DNA from: Octopus sinensis
Lineage: Eukaryota
DNA length: 64,000 nucleotides
Assembly (NCBI RefSeq): GCF_006345805.1
Contig: NC_043003.1
Location: 75,206,001 to 75,270,000 of the forward strand
Direction of reading: 5' to 3'
The translations under genes were made by a program, and so were the position numbers. The notes beneath the pieces are model-generated. The model worked only from the letters and a program-made list of their open reading frames with translations. It searched no databases and was not told the DNA's origin. This document shows positions 63,701-64,000 of the stretch, piece by piece (positions within the stretch are counted from its first letter, which is position 1; the number at the start of each line of letters is the position of its first letter).

Positions 63701-64000
63701 TATAACCGATGTGATCTTCCTCACTATATAGGCTTCTTCCACAAAACAAGCAATATGTATATGTGTATGTGTGTGTGTGAGAGAGAGAGATAGAGAGTAT
63801 TGTCTTTTGTGCGTGCAATTATATATTACTATACAAATATTAGATGTATACATATTCTACTCTAGAAATAAATTAGTGTAAAATATTTTCAATTAGAATT
63901 ATTCATTCTCATTTTCTATTTAATAATTTTTGTAATAACCTATCATGAGTTAAAAAGAACTAGTTATTACTTTATGCTCAAATTGAATATGTAATGCCAA

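Overview
AT-rich eukaryotic non-coding DNA dominated by (TA)n, (CA)n and trinucleotide microsatellites and by transposon remnants. The tRNA-derived SINE families look like those of Octopus, so this is probably an octopus intergenic or intronic region (inference from recalled sequences, no search run). No host exon, rRNA, true tRNA or CRISPR array could be supported, and almost all listed ORFs are microsatellite or antisense artefacts. Recognisable elements are CR1/L2-group LINE RT pieces (5.4-7.5 kb), three Penelope-like (PLE) remnants with RT and/or GIY-YIG motifs, R4/Dong-like RLE-LINE pieces, at least seven Tc1/mariner remnants (two full-length with TIRs) and many SINEs. Two things stand out. 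(1) A ~2.25 kb element at 10226-12472 carries an L1/Tx1-type ORF1 (RRM-like region plus CCHC knuckle) but no endonuclease or RT. It has an Inr/DPE-like 5' end and a hairpin+AATAAA 3' end, and sits inside the tRNA-like head of a SINE with a 10-15 bp target-site duplication: a candidate 'half-L1'-type non-autonomous retroelement, possibly SINE-targeting. (2) A 324-bp spacer-less palindrome at 8941-9264 carries a complete minimal type-I hammerhead ribozyme motif in each arm. All coordinates were counted by eye; TE boundaries without TIRs or TSDs are approximate.
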